A stretch of DNA of 64,000 nt, from positions 7,812,001 through 7,876,000 of the forward strand of contig CATNEN010000001.1 of assembly GCA_950097015.1 (NCBI GenBank), written 5' to 3'. Shown here in pieces: positions 1-10,847 of this stretch. This DNA is from Macrostomum hystrix. Its lineage: Eukaryota > Animalia > Platyhelminthes. A program made the position numbers and the translations under genes. The stretch's first letter is position 1; each line of letters opens with the position of its first letter. The notes under the pieces are model-generated. The model had not been told where the DNA came from. It saw nothing but the letters and a program-made list of their open reading frames with translations, and did not search any database.

Positions 1-19
1 TAGTACTAGGGTCGGAGAT

Positions 20-545
20 GCATGAGACAGGGTGAGATAAGATACGATGGAGATAAGACTGTAGGGAGATAAGACAGTGGAGAGATGAGACAAGTGGAGA
101 GATGAGAAAGTGGAGAGAGGAGACAGTGGAGAGATGAGACAGTGGAGAGATGAGACAGTGGAGAGATGAGACAGTGGAGAGATGAGACAAGGGAGAGATG
201 AGACAGTGGAGAGATGAGAAAGTGGAGAGATCAGACAGAGGAGAGATGAGACTAGGGAGAGATGAGACAGTGGAGAGAGGAGACAGAGGAGAGATGAGAC
301 AGTGGAGAGATGAGACAAGGGAGAGATCAGACAGAGGAGAGATGAGACAGTGGAGAGATGAGACAAGGGAGAGATCAGACAGAGGAGAGATGAGACAGTG
401 GAGAGATGAGACAAGTGGAGAGATCAGACAGAGGAGAGATGAGACAGTGGAGAGAGGAGACAGAGGAGAGATGAGACAGTGGAGAGATGAGACCAGGGAG
501 AGACAAAACAGGCTGAAGACTAGACATGAGGGGAATAAGACAGGG
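20..545. repeat. Degenerate 16-bp purine-rich minisatellite (GAGATGAGACAGTGGA) in a PNISR intron
   Basis: Unit visibly repeated with variants; explains spurious ORF 198-548. Confidence 0.9.
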
Positions 546-857
546 TGATGAGTGAAGGGAGATCAGACACAGCAGATATTATATAGGGGATTTGATAAAA
601 CCAAAGCGAGAAGTGACAGGGTCTTGATAATAAGGACCAGTAAGTATTATTATAGAGTGCGGTATACGCTAATTAATAGTTTGTTGTTGAGACTTCATAG
701 TGAAATTGGACATTAATTACAATTGATCAACATTCTCTTGTCTGCTTTTATAAAACCCGAATTTAACCCATCGAGTGTCTGTAAAAAAGTCGCATTAGGA
801 TTTTCAAGCGATTCCCGCCAGCTTTAAACGCAGCTAACAAAGCCTAATAAATTATAG

Positions 858-3800
858 TTGGCTAAGCTCAAAGAGCTAATGACTGAGACACTGCTGGAGG
901 TAACAACAAGCTTGATGACGGAGGTAGCCAACGAGGTTCTCAATAAATCTACGAAACGGCGCCAGCAAGGTCAGAAATGTTCCTTTCTTATTTGTTTTGC
1001 TGATGATTTGAAATTAATTTTTCAAAGAAACAATTTCTAACAACGATATCGTCGCCATATAGTTATACATTATGCCCCCTACTAAGTGTTTCTGGTCTTC
1101 CATTTAATAATATTCAAATATTTTTGTGTGCATTTTTTCCAGGCCTTGCGACTTGCTGCACTTTTATTTTGTATATTATCCTCACATATATTAGATTGTC
1201 TCTAGCCTAGTGATAAGAGCTTAGAGCTTTTGACCAAGAGGTCCGAAGTTCGAATCTCATTCCTAGATAAACTATTATATATTTGAGTAGGACACTTGAG
1301 TTTATCTAGTAAACAGTTAAGAAATGGTTAAGATGTATCATTAGCTATGTTAGAAATTGTAGCTGTGTGTCTGCCTCGCCAGTCCATGGACTGAACAGCT
1401 ACGCCACAGGCTGTGCATCTGACCCAGACGGGCTGGGTCTAATTCTCTATTATTATAATCGATTTGTCCTTTGTCTAGCAATCATAAAAATTTTGTTTCA
1501 CTAAAAAGTAAGTATGTCTTCTTTTCCACTCTGGTCTTCTGTCTGTTGCTTCTGAAAGCAAAAAAACAAAGTCAATGTTACTTTAATTTTTTCAAAAGCG
1601 CATCCTAATTTTGCAACAGCAGCAACAGCAGCAGCATTGGTGCCAGGCTATTATAGCAAAGCTGCCAATCGACCCAAACTTGGTAAGTGTTCGTTGAATT
1701 CATTCAAGCTCTTTGTGTTTTATCAGTCTTTGTTGGATCTTCGCATTGGGTTTTTAAGCTTTGCATTTAAAAGCTTTGAAAAATATATTTCTTGATTTCG
1801 TGTTTTTTCAAACTAACAGATATTTGGCATTGCAAATTTATTATGTCCACTTTATTTCGCTTAATTGTATAAAATATAACTATTTCTTGTCCTTTAAAAT
1901 GTCTAATCCCAGGGATTAGAATGCCTTATTCGATCCGAAGGATTAGTATCCTTAATCCTAAGGATTAGTATCCTTAATCCGAAGGATTAGTATCCTTAAT
2001 CCGAAGGATTAGTATCCTTAATCTGAAGGATTAGTATCCTTAATCCGAAGGATTAGTATCCTTAATCCGAAGGATTAGTATCCTTAATCCGAAGGATTAG
2101 TATCCTTAATCCGAAGGATTAGTATCCTTAATCCGAAGGATTAGTATCCTTAATCCGAAGGATAAGTATCCTTAATCCGAAGCATTAGTATCCTTAATCC
2201 GAAGGATTAGTATCCTTAATCCGAAGGATTAGTATCCTTAATCCGAAGGATTAGTATCCTTAATCCGAAGGATTAGTATCCTTAATCCGAAGGATTAGTA
2301 TCCTTAATCCTAAGGATTAGTATCCTTAATCCAAAGGATTAGTATCCTTAGTCCAAAGGATTAGTATCCTTAATCTGAAGGATTAGTATCCTTAATCTGA
2401 AGGATTAGTATCCTTAATCTGAAGGATTAGTATCCTTAATCCGAAGGATTAGTATCCTTAATCCGAAGGATTAGTATCCTTAATCCTAAGGATTAGTATC
2501 CTTAATCCAAAGGATTAGTATCCTTAGTCCAAATGATTAGTATCCTTAATCCAAAGGATTAGTATCCTTAATCCAAAGGATTAGTATCCTTAATCCAAAG
2601 GATTAGTATCCTTAATCTGAAGGATTAGTATCCTTAATCTGAAGGATTAGTATCCTTAATCTGAAGGATTAGTATCCTTAATCCGAAGGATTAGTATCCT
2701 TAATCCGAAGGATTAGTATCCTTAATCTGAAGGATTAGTATCCTTAATCTGAAGGATTAGTATCCTTAATCCGAAGGATTAGTATCCTTAATCCAAAGGA
2801 TTAGTATCCTTAATCCAAAGGATTAGTATCCTTAATCTGAAGGATTAGTATCCTTAATCCAAAGGATTAGTATCCTTTATCCAAAGGATTAGTATCCTTA
2901 ATCCAAAGGATTAGTATCCTTAATCCTAAGGATTAGTATCCTTAATCCGAAGGATTAGTATCCTTAATCCAAAGGATTAGTATCCTTAATCCAAAGGATT
3001 AGTATCCTTTATCAAAAGGATTAGTATCCTTAATCCGAAGGATTAGTATCATTAATCCAAAGGATTAGTATCATTAATCCAAAGGATTAGTATCATTAAT
3101 CCAAAGGATTAGTATCCTTAATCCAAAGGATTAGTATCCTTAATCCGAAGGATTAGTATCCTTAATCCAAAGGATTAGTATCCTTAATCCAAAGGATTAG
3201 TATCCTTAATCCAAAGGATTAGTATCCTTAATCCAAAGGATTAGTATCCTTAATCCAAAGGATTAGTATCCTTAATCCGAAGGATTAGTATCCTTTATCT
3301 GAAGGATTAGTATCCTTAATCCGAAGGATTAGTATCCTTTATCTGAAGGATTAGTATCCTTCATCCGAAGGATTAGTATCCTTAATCCAAAGGATTAGTA
3401 TCCTTAATCCAAAGGATTAGTATCCTTAATCCAAAGGATTAGTATCCTTAATCCAAAGGATTAGTATCCTTAATCCAAAGGATTAGTATCCTTAATCCAA
3501 AGGATTAGTATCCTTAATCCAAAGGATTAGTATCATTAATCCAAAGGATTAGTATCCATAATCCAAAGGATCATCCCTAATCCAAAGGAGTTTCAAGTGA
3601 GTTTCAAGACTTTAATCCTTAATCTTTACTCCTCTTCCAAAACCCTAGCTTGTAATAAGAACAATTATTTGACATTAGAATATAGTGTTGCTTTCTAATG
3701 TAACTCTCGATTAAGAATCGAAATTCCATTTGCAACTAAAACAGAGAATTAGATTTGTCATATTAATTTTGTTCAGTACCGTATACACACAGTAAATCCT

Positions 3801-6800
3801 TTCAGTAAATATTCTTTAATCAATAATTTTAATGGTTTTGAAATGTCTTTTGTATGCTTTCAATTACAAATTGTAACTAAAATTCAAGAAGCTATCTAAT
3901 AATACTGAACAATTTATTCAGAAACATTTTTCCTCTGCTTTTTTTTCTTTTTTAGCTACAAGTGAACATTTTTTAATATAAAAATATTACAGACTTATAA
4001 ACAGTTTTGTAATACTCATTACGTCAATCAAAGAAATTAACTTTTTGTTTTAAGGAATTCTAATAATCGTTATACTGTCATCGAATGAGTACAACTGAAG
4101 TCAAATGAACATCTTTGTTTCATTCGTTTAGAGTGATTCTTAAACAAAACTGTTAATTCCTAATAATCGAATCACAAATTCTTAGAATCCAATCCAGAAT
4201 CTCCCATCCCAAAACTGGAATCCCCAATTCTAAGTATCGACTTTAGAATCTCAAATCCCAAGACTGGAATCCCCAATTCTAAGTATCGACTTTAGAATCT
4301 CAAATCCCAAGACTGGAATCCCCAATTCTAAGTATCGACTTTAGAATCTCAAATCCCAAGATTGGAATCCCCAATTCGATACGACTTTAGAATCTCAAAT
4401 CCCAAGACTGGAATCCCCAATTCTAAGTATCGACTTTAGAATCTCAAATCCCAAGACTGGAATCCCCAATTCGATACGACTTTAGAATCTCAAATCCCAA
4501 GACTGGAATCCTCATTTCTAAGTATCGACTTTAGAATCTCAATTCCCAAGACTGGAATCCCCAATTCTATGAAACGACTATAGAATCTTAAATCCCAAGA
4601 CTGGAATCCTCATTTCTAAGTATCGACTTTAGAATCTCAATTCCCAAGACTGGAATCCCCAATTCTATGAAACGACTATAGAATCTCAAATCCCAAGACT
4701 GGAATCCTCATTTCTAAGTATCGACTTTAGAATCTCAATTCCCAAGACTGGAATCCCCAATTCTAAGTATCGACTTTAGAATCTCAATTCCCAAGACTGG
4801 AATCCCCAATTCTAAGTATCGACTTTAGAATCTCAATTCCCAAGACTGGAATCCCCAATTCTATGAAACGACTATAGAATCCTAAATCCCAAGACTGGAA
4901 TCCTCATTTCTAAGTATCGACTTTAGAATCTCAATTCCCAAGACTGGAATCCCCAATTCTATGAAACGACTATAGAATCTTAAATCCCAAGACTGGAATC
5001 CCCATTTCTAAGTATCGACTTTAGAATCTCAATTCCCAAGACTGGAATCCCCAATTCTAAGTATCGACTTTAGAATCTCAATTCCCAAGACTGGAATCCC
5101 CAATTCTAAGTATCGACTTTAGAATCTCAATTCCCAAGACTGGAATCCCCAATTCTATGAAACGACTATAGAATCTTAAATCCCAAGACTGGAATCCCCA
5201 ATTCTAAGTATCGACTTTAGAATCTCAATTCCCAAGACTGGAATCCCCAATTCTAAGTATCGACTTTAGAATCTCAAATCCCAAGACTGGAATCCCCAAT
5301 TCGATACGACTTTAGAATCTCAAATCCCAAGACTGGAATCCTCATTTCTAAGTATCGACTTTAGAATCTCAATTCCCAAGACTGGAATCCCCAATTCTAT
5401 GAAACGATTCTAGAATCTCAAATCCCAAGACTGGAATCCCCAATTCTAAGTATCGACTTTAGAATCTCAATTCCCAAGACTGGAATCCCCAATTCTAAGT
5501 ATCGACTTTAGAATCTCAAATCCCAAGACTGGAATCCCCAATTCGATACGACTTTAGAATCTCAAATCCCAAGACTGGAATCCTCATTTCTAAGTATCGA
5601 CTTTAGAATCTCAATTCCCAAGACTGGAATCCCCAATTCTATGAAACGATTCTAGAATCTCAAATCCCAAGAATGGAATCCATATTTCTAAGAAACGACT
5701 CCAGAATCTCAAATCTCAGGACTGGAATCCCCATTTCTAAGAAACGACTCCAGAACCAGAATCTCAAATCCCAATCCTAAATTCTAACAAACGACTCCAG
5801 AATCTTTAATCCCAAGACTGGAATCCCCAATTCTAAGAAACGACTCCAGAATCTCAGATCTTCCGAATTTCAATTTAAATCTCTCCCAAATAGAATATTT
5901 CCATCACCACAAAAGCCCTGTCAATCACATGTCTTCAATTCGATATTTGCGGCTGCTCACTTACTCAGGCCTTGATCAGTACGACGACGACAATGACGAC
6001 AATGCCAGCAACAGCAGCGGTGGCAGCATCCCCGCTGGTAGGCTGACACAGCAAAGGAATCGTTCGCAATCGAGGCACAGTCAGCTGACTGACTCGAACG
6101 ATTCTGACGCGGAGTTGAGCCGACTGGCGGCCGCAAAATCTGAGCGATTTGCCAAGCGACAGCGCGGGGACTTGGCCAGCAGAGGTGCGATTCCATTTTT
6201 GGGATATTTACGAATTTCTTATAAATAATTATTTGCCTAAATTCCAAGATCAAAACAAAACATTAAATAGATTTTTTCCTACAGACGGACTGTGGGATTA
6301 TGATAACCTAACCGCCATCCTAAATTCCAATGATCCCATAAGCCAACTTAAATCCCAATGATCCCATAGCCCAACTTAAACCCCAATGATCCCATTAGCC
6401 AAACTAAATCCCCATGATCCCATAACCCAACTTAAATCCCCATGATCCCATAACCCAACTTAAATCCCCATGATCCCATAGCCCAACATAAATCCCAATG
6501 ATCCCATAGCCAAACTTAAACCCCAATGATCCCATAACCCAACTTAAATCCCCATGATCCCATAAGCCAACTTAGATCCCCATGATCCCATAAGCCAACT
6601 TAAATCCCAATGAACCCATAACCCAACTTAAATCCCCATGATCCCATAGCCCAACATAAATCCCAATGATCCCATATCCAAACTTAAACCACAATGATCC
6701 CATAAGCCAACTTAAATCCCCATGATCCCATAAGCCAACTTAAATCCCAATGATCCCATAAGCCAACTTAAATCCCAATGATCCCATAACCCAACTTAAA

Positions 6801-8062
6801 TCCCAATGATCCTATAAACCAACTTAAATCACAATGATCCCATAACCCAACTTAAATCCCAATGATCCCATAACCCAACTTTAATCCCCATGATCCATAA
6901 GCCAACTTAAGTCCCAATGATCCCATAACCCAAATTAAAATCCTATTGATCCCATAACCCAGTTTTAATCCCCATGATCCCATAACCCAAATTAAATCCC
7001 AATGATCCCATAAGCCAACTTAAATCCCAATGATCCCATAACCCAACTTAAATCCCAATGATCCCATAGCCAAACTTAAACGCCAATGATCCCATAAGCC
7101 AACTTAAATCCCCATGATCCCATAGCCCAAATTAAATCCCAATGATCCCATAAGCCAACTAAAATCCTAATGAACCCACAATCTAAATCCAAATCTCAAT
7201 TATCCCATCTACTATATGAACTCTTCATTGATCCCAAAACCTAACTGAAATCCCCATGATCCCTCACATGACCATAATCAAGCTCAAATACAATCCGATT
7301 ACGTGTCCCAAATCCCAAATCCGGTTGATCGCATTGCCCAACTTTAATTCGATCGATCCAATTTCTATTTCAGATCGATCCGGTGCCTCGGCCAGTCCCT
7401 CTTCAGGTCATGCCAGACAGCAATCGTTGAGTAAAACTTATTCAAGTCGCCAGGCTAAACGCCGCAGCCGCAGCCGTAGCCGCATTAGTACAGGCAGCCC
7501 TGCGCCGAACCATCAGCAGTTGGCTTCCTCATCGGCTTCCGCCGCAAAGTTATCGCTGTCGTCTTCGTCTAGAAAACGCGATCATCAGCAACAGCAGCAG
7601 CAGCATCGCGATGAGCGATCGCGTCATCGTTCTAGATCTAGGTCCAAGTCTAGATCCAGGTCCAAATCCGGATCTCATAAGCGCTCGAGGCGTCGCAGTT
7701 CCAGGTCGCGCGAACGCGACCGTAGATCGACGCGAGATATTAGCAACAAAGACCGTGATCGACGCGACCGTGAAAGTGAACGTGACCGTGAACGCGACCG
7801 TGAAAGTGATCGCGACCGCGACCGACGTCGGAATCGTGATCGATCGCCGGCAATAGAAAAAGTTGCCCAACCGACTGCCGATTCCGACAGTCCGGAATGG
7901 ATTGAACAATCGGCGTCTAATACTGCCAGTCGCGGTGGCAACAAGAAGAAAAATAAAAAGCACAAACGCGGCGACAAAGGCAAAGATCATAGGCGCAGTA
8001 GTAATAAAGAGTCTAAGAGAAAGAGAAACGACTCGACTGGTGATAGCAGCGGCGATAGTTAA
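858..8062 (+). CDS. PNISR: Arginine/serine-rich protein PNISR (SFRS18) orthologue, 3' part; 5' exons lie outside the window
   Basis: Exons 858-969, 1620-1682, 5969-6184, 7374-8062 are joined in frame by GT-AG introns (all phase 1). Peptide LAKLKELMTETLLEVTTSLMTEVA...GLDQYDDD...DSNDSDAELSRLAAAKSERFAKRQR followed by an RS/RD-rich tail parallels the PNISR segment (LLTEILLDVT...GLGGYGS...DTDDEELRHRIRQKQEAF) as recalled. Confidence 0.8.
1198..1455 (+). mobile_element. tRNA-derived SINE (family A), degenerate copy in a PNISR intron
   Basis: A-box-like TAGCCTAGTGATAAGAGC and B-box-like AGTTCGAATCTC; body motif AGTCCATGGACTGAACAGCTA shared with the copy at 54192; (TAT)n-like tail. Confidence 0.6.
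1930..3570. repeat. 22-bp minisatellite CCTTAATCCGAAGGATTAGTAT with internal hairpin, about 74 copies
   Basis: Direct inspection; TAATCC-NAA-GGATTA inverted repeat in each unit. Confidence 0.97.
4190..5860. repeat. 49-bp minisatellite TAGAATCTCAAATCCCAAGACTGGAATCCCCAATTCTAAGTATCGACTT
   Basis: Direct inspection; intronic, ends about 110 nt before the exon at 5969. Confidence 0.97.
6320..7190. repeat. 28-bp minisatellite AATGATCCCATAAGCCAACTTAAATCCC
   Basis: Direct inspection; fills most of the last PNISR intron. Confidence 0.95.
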
Positions 8063-8440
8063 AACTTTTTATAACAAAGTGAAACATGTTTTCAATCTTT
8101 GGGTCCTAATATAGGCTTCTTTGTGTTTCTTCTCGCCCTCTTTATCTTTCCCGGCCTCATTAATTTGCTAGCTTTTCTTAACCTTCCTTTGTTTAGTTGA
8201 AATAATTTTTTAGTTATTTATTGTCCTGTAAATAAGTAAATGCTTTTTTGTTACGATTGCTTGACTTTAAGTTTCAAACTCCAATTATTCATTGATAAAT
8301 CATTCTGGTCTCAATGTTATGTTTTCCTTCATATTGAGCATATTTTAATCTACGTAGCCAATAACCGTTTATCTCTGCTACTTAACGTTTAGAGTTTCTT
8401 TAAGTAAAAAAACTTAACCTGTAGTGTTTGTAAAAATAGT

Positions 8441-8962
8441 GAAAACAGTTCAAGCTTTAGGTGTGAAATTTTGGGGGTGGTTGTCCCGCAATTGCGAAAA
8501 CAGTTCAAGCTTTGGGTGTGAAATTTTGGGGGTGGTTGTCCCGCAATTGCGAAAACAGTTCAAGCTTTGGGTATGAAATTTTGGGGGTGGTTGTCCCGCA
8601 ATTGCGAAAACAGTTCAAGCTTTGGGTGTGAAATTTTGGGGGTGGTTGTCCCGCAATTGCGAAAACAGTTCAAGCTTTGGGTGTGAAATTTTGGGGGTGG
8701 TTGTCCCGCAATTGCGAAAACAGTTCAAGCTTTGGGTGTGAAATTTTGGGGGTGGTTGTCCCGCAATTGCGAAAACAGTTCAAGCTTTGGGTGTGAAATT
8801 TTGGGGGTGGTTGTCCCGCAATTGCGAAAACAGTTCAAGCTTTGGGTGTGAAATTTTGGGGTGGTTGTCCCGCGATTGCGAAAACAGTTCAAGCTTTGGG
8901 TGTGAAATTTTGGGGGTGGTTGTCCCACGATTGCGAAAACAGTTCAAGCTTTGGGTGTGAAT
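8441..8962. repeat. 55-bp tandem repeat, about 9.4 near-identical copies
   Basis: GAAAACAGTTCAAGCTTTGGGTGTGAAATTTTGGGGGTGGTTGTCCCGCAATTGC recurs at 8441, 8496, 8551, 8606, 8661 etc. Confidence 0.97.
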
Positions 8963-9551
8963 TTAGAGTTTAGATTTGAAGTGGTTTCAATTACAGAGAC
9001 TTATCGCAAAGAAGTGATGATAACTGCATTCTTGTTCTTGTCTGTAATTTATCGTCGAGAATTGACAAAAATTTAAGTGGTGACTACTGTATGATTCATT
9101 TGTTAAAATAATATTTTTACAATCACTTGCCCCTTCACTAGCGTTCAACGGTTTGGCGTTTCTGAACATAAAATAAACTGTTGTATTGAAATTTCAATCA
9201 CTCAATTGAATTTTTATTACGCCGTAATGTTTCTTTTTTGAAGTGAACAATTTATCGTGATTGCTAGTTCTGTCCCGTATTGATCTAGCGTTATTATTAG
9301 AAATGAAAACTGTTCTGACTATTGTGCCCTCGTCATCAACGCCTTAACAAAGCTAGCTGCCTGTTGTATGTAACCGGGCTTGTTCACCATTCAATCGCTA
9401 AATAAAGAAACGATTGCTGTCTTTTAGGCATTGTTCTTCTTAGACAAGAAAGAATTGCTAAATTAAGTTTCTTTCATTAATCTTTCTTTTCTTGTCTTTC
9501 AAAACGTATTTTAATTTAATTAATTAATCAAAAGGCGAGAATCAACATTTA

Positions 9552-9600
9552 ACGTTTAACGACGCGTTTCGCACGTTTCGTGCATCTTCAGGTTTATTAA
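9552..9600 (-). ncRNA. Minimal type I hammerhead ribozyme of the Penelope-associated kind
   Basis: Minus strand reads AAC-CUGAAGA-U-GCACG-AAA-CGUGC-GAAA-CGCG-UC/GUU: intact core boxes, 5-bp stem II, palindromic ACGCGU stem III, short stem I (AAC/GUU). It lies about 160 nt downstream of the GIY-YIG ORF stop. Confidence 0.8.
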
Positions 9601-9751
9601 AACGAATATAGCAAGTAGCAAAGCGAATAAATATGAGATTTTGGGTGTAACTTTAATCAATGTTTTTTAAAAAAAAATAAAAAAATTTTCGAATACATAT
9701 TTGATATTCCGTAAGTCAAGAGGCAAGTCCAGGGGCGAATAGCCCCCTCCC

Positions 9752-10185
9752 TCAGAACACACGGAGAACATGGCCCGCGCCACTGTGTTGGAGTTGAGTG
9801 TTGAGGTTAGGGGAATGAGCTTTAATGTACAACGCTTCAAGTATCTGCAGTTTGGAGTCAAATGAGCATTGGTCAATGACTTTGAAGCGCTCTTCGGGTT
9901 TGCAGCTGGAGCAGCTGGAGAGATGGTTTTGAATAGCCGACGGTTTCAGCCAGTGCTCCCTGATTCTAGTGTGCAGGTGCCTTTTAGTCTTCCCCACGTA
10001 GGAGGCGCTCTGGTCATCAGAGCAGTTGAATTGGTAAACTACACCAGCACGAAGAGCACAGGGAACACGTGACTTCAACCGACCGACAAAGTTGCCAACT
10101 TTATTAGCAGAACGAAAGATGACGCGGATGTTGCAATTAAGGAAGTTGCGAAATAATTTGCAGATTCGGTTTTTGAAGAAAGGAG
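9752..10185 (-). mobile_element. Penelope-like retroelement 3' fragment encoding the GIY-YIG endonuclease
   Basis: GVVYQFNC...SYVGKTKRHLHTRIREH...SAIQNHL...LQILEALYIKAHSPNLNTQ is the PLE-type GIY-YIG domain with its YxG-T-R...R..EH and E...I...P.LN motifs. Confidence 0.9.
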
Positions 10186-10330
10186 AAAGTCTTTTAAGAA
10201 ACTCCTTGGCTTTGCCACCTCTGGCATTTTCATGTTTGACAATAAGTACTACCGTCAAATTGAAGGTTGTGCCATGGGAAGCCCCTTGGCCCCCACCCTC
10301 GCTGATGTCTGCATGTCTCACTGGGAAACC
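10185..10330 (+). mobile_element. Inverted Penelope reverse-transcriptase fragment (not in ORF track)
   Basis: Plus strand translates KSFKKLLGFATSGIFMFDNKYYRQIEGCAMGSPLAPTLADVCMSHWE, the YxQxxGxxMGSPL.P.LA RT motif B' typical of PLEs. Confidence 0.85.
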
Positions 10331-10847
10331 AACAACAAACCAACATTTGCGTACAAATTTATCTCCTTGAATAATTCACAGGTTGCATTTAACTAAAAGC
10401 ATAATGTCAGAAATTGATTGTAAGCGACGGCAACAGGAGCAGTAAAACAGAATATTAAAGTAAAAAATGATTAAGTTAGTTAGGTGCGTGATTATCTTTG
10501 ATTATCCTGCGAAGTGAACTTCCAAATGTACTTTAATACGACGATTCAATGATGAAAGAACTATAGCAGGTCAGGTAATCTTTTGCGGGCCTGAATATCA
10601 GTGTCTCACGCATCCAAATAAAACTAATTAAAGCGGCGGCTGAAAGTGTAATTTGATATTAAAATTTTTTTTACTTCGTTGGCTTAATCGTTGAAGAACG
10701 ATTTTTAATCATTTTTTTAATAAACCATGCGTGCTCTGACTTCCAGTGCTCAATTTGTGGCTGCCACTTCTCTTGCAAGACTCTGTATAATACAATAGTC
10801 CAGTGGCCTAGCCAAGATTTTTGTTCTAGAGTAGCCCCGCGCCTCTG

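Noticed and set aside
7550-7990. Antisense and alternate-frame ORFs over PNISR, Mlx-like, TPR and GPCR exons
   Set aside because: Expected shadows of GC-rich or low-complexity coding sequence, with no independent motifs.
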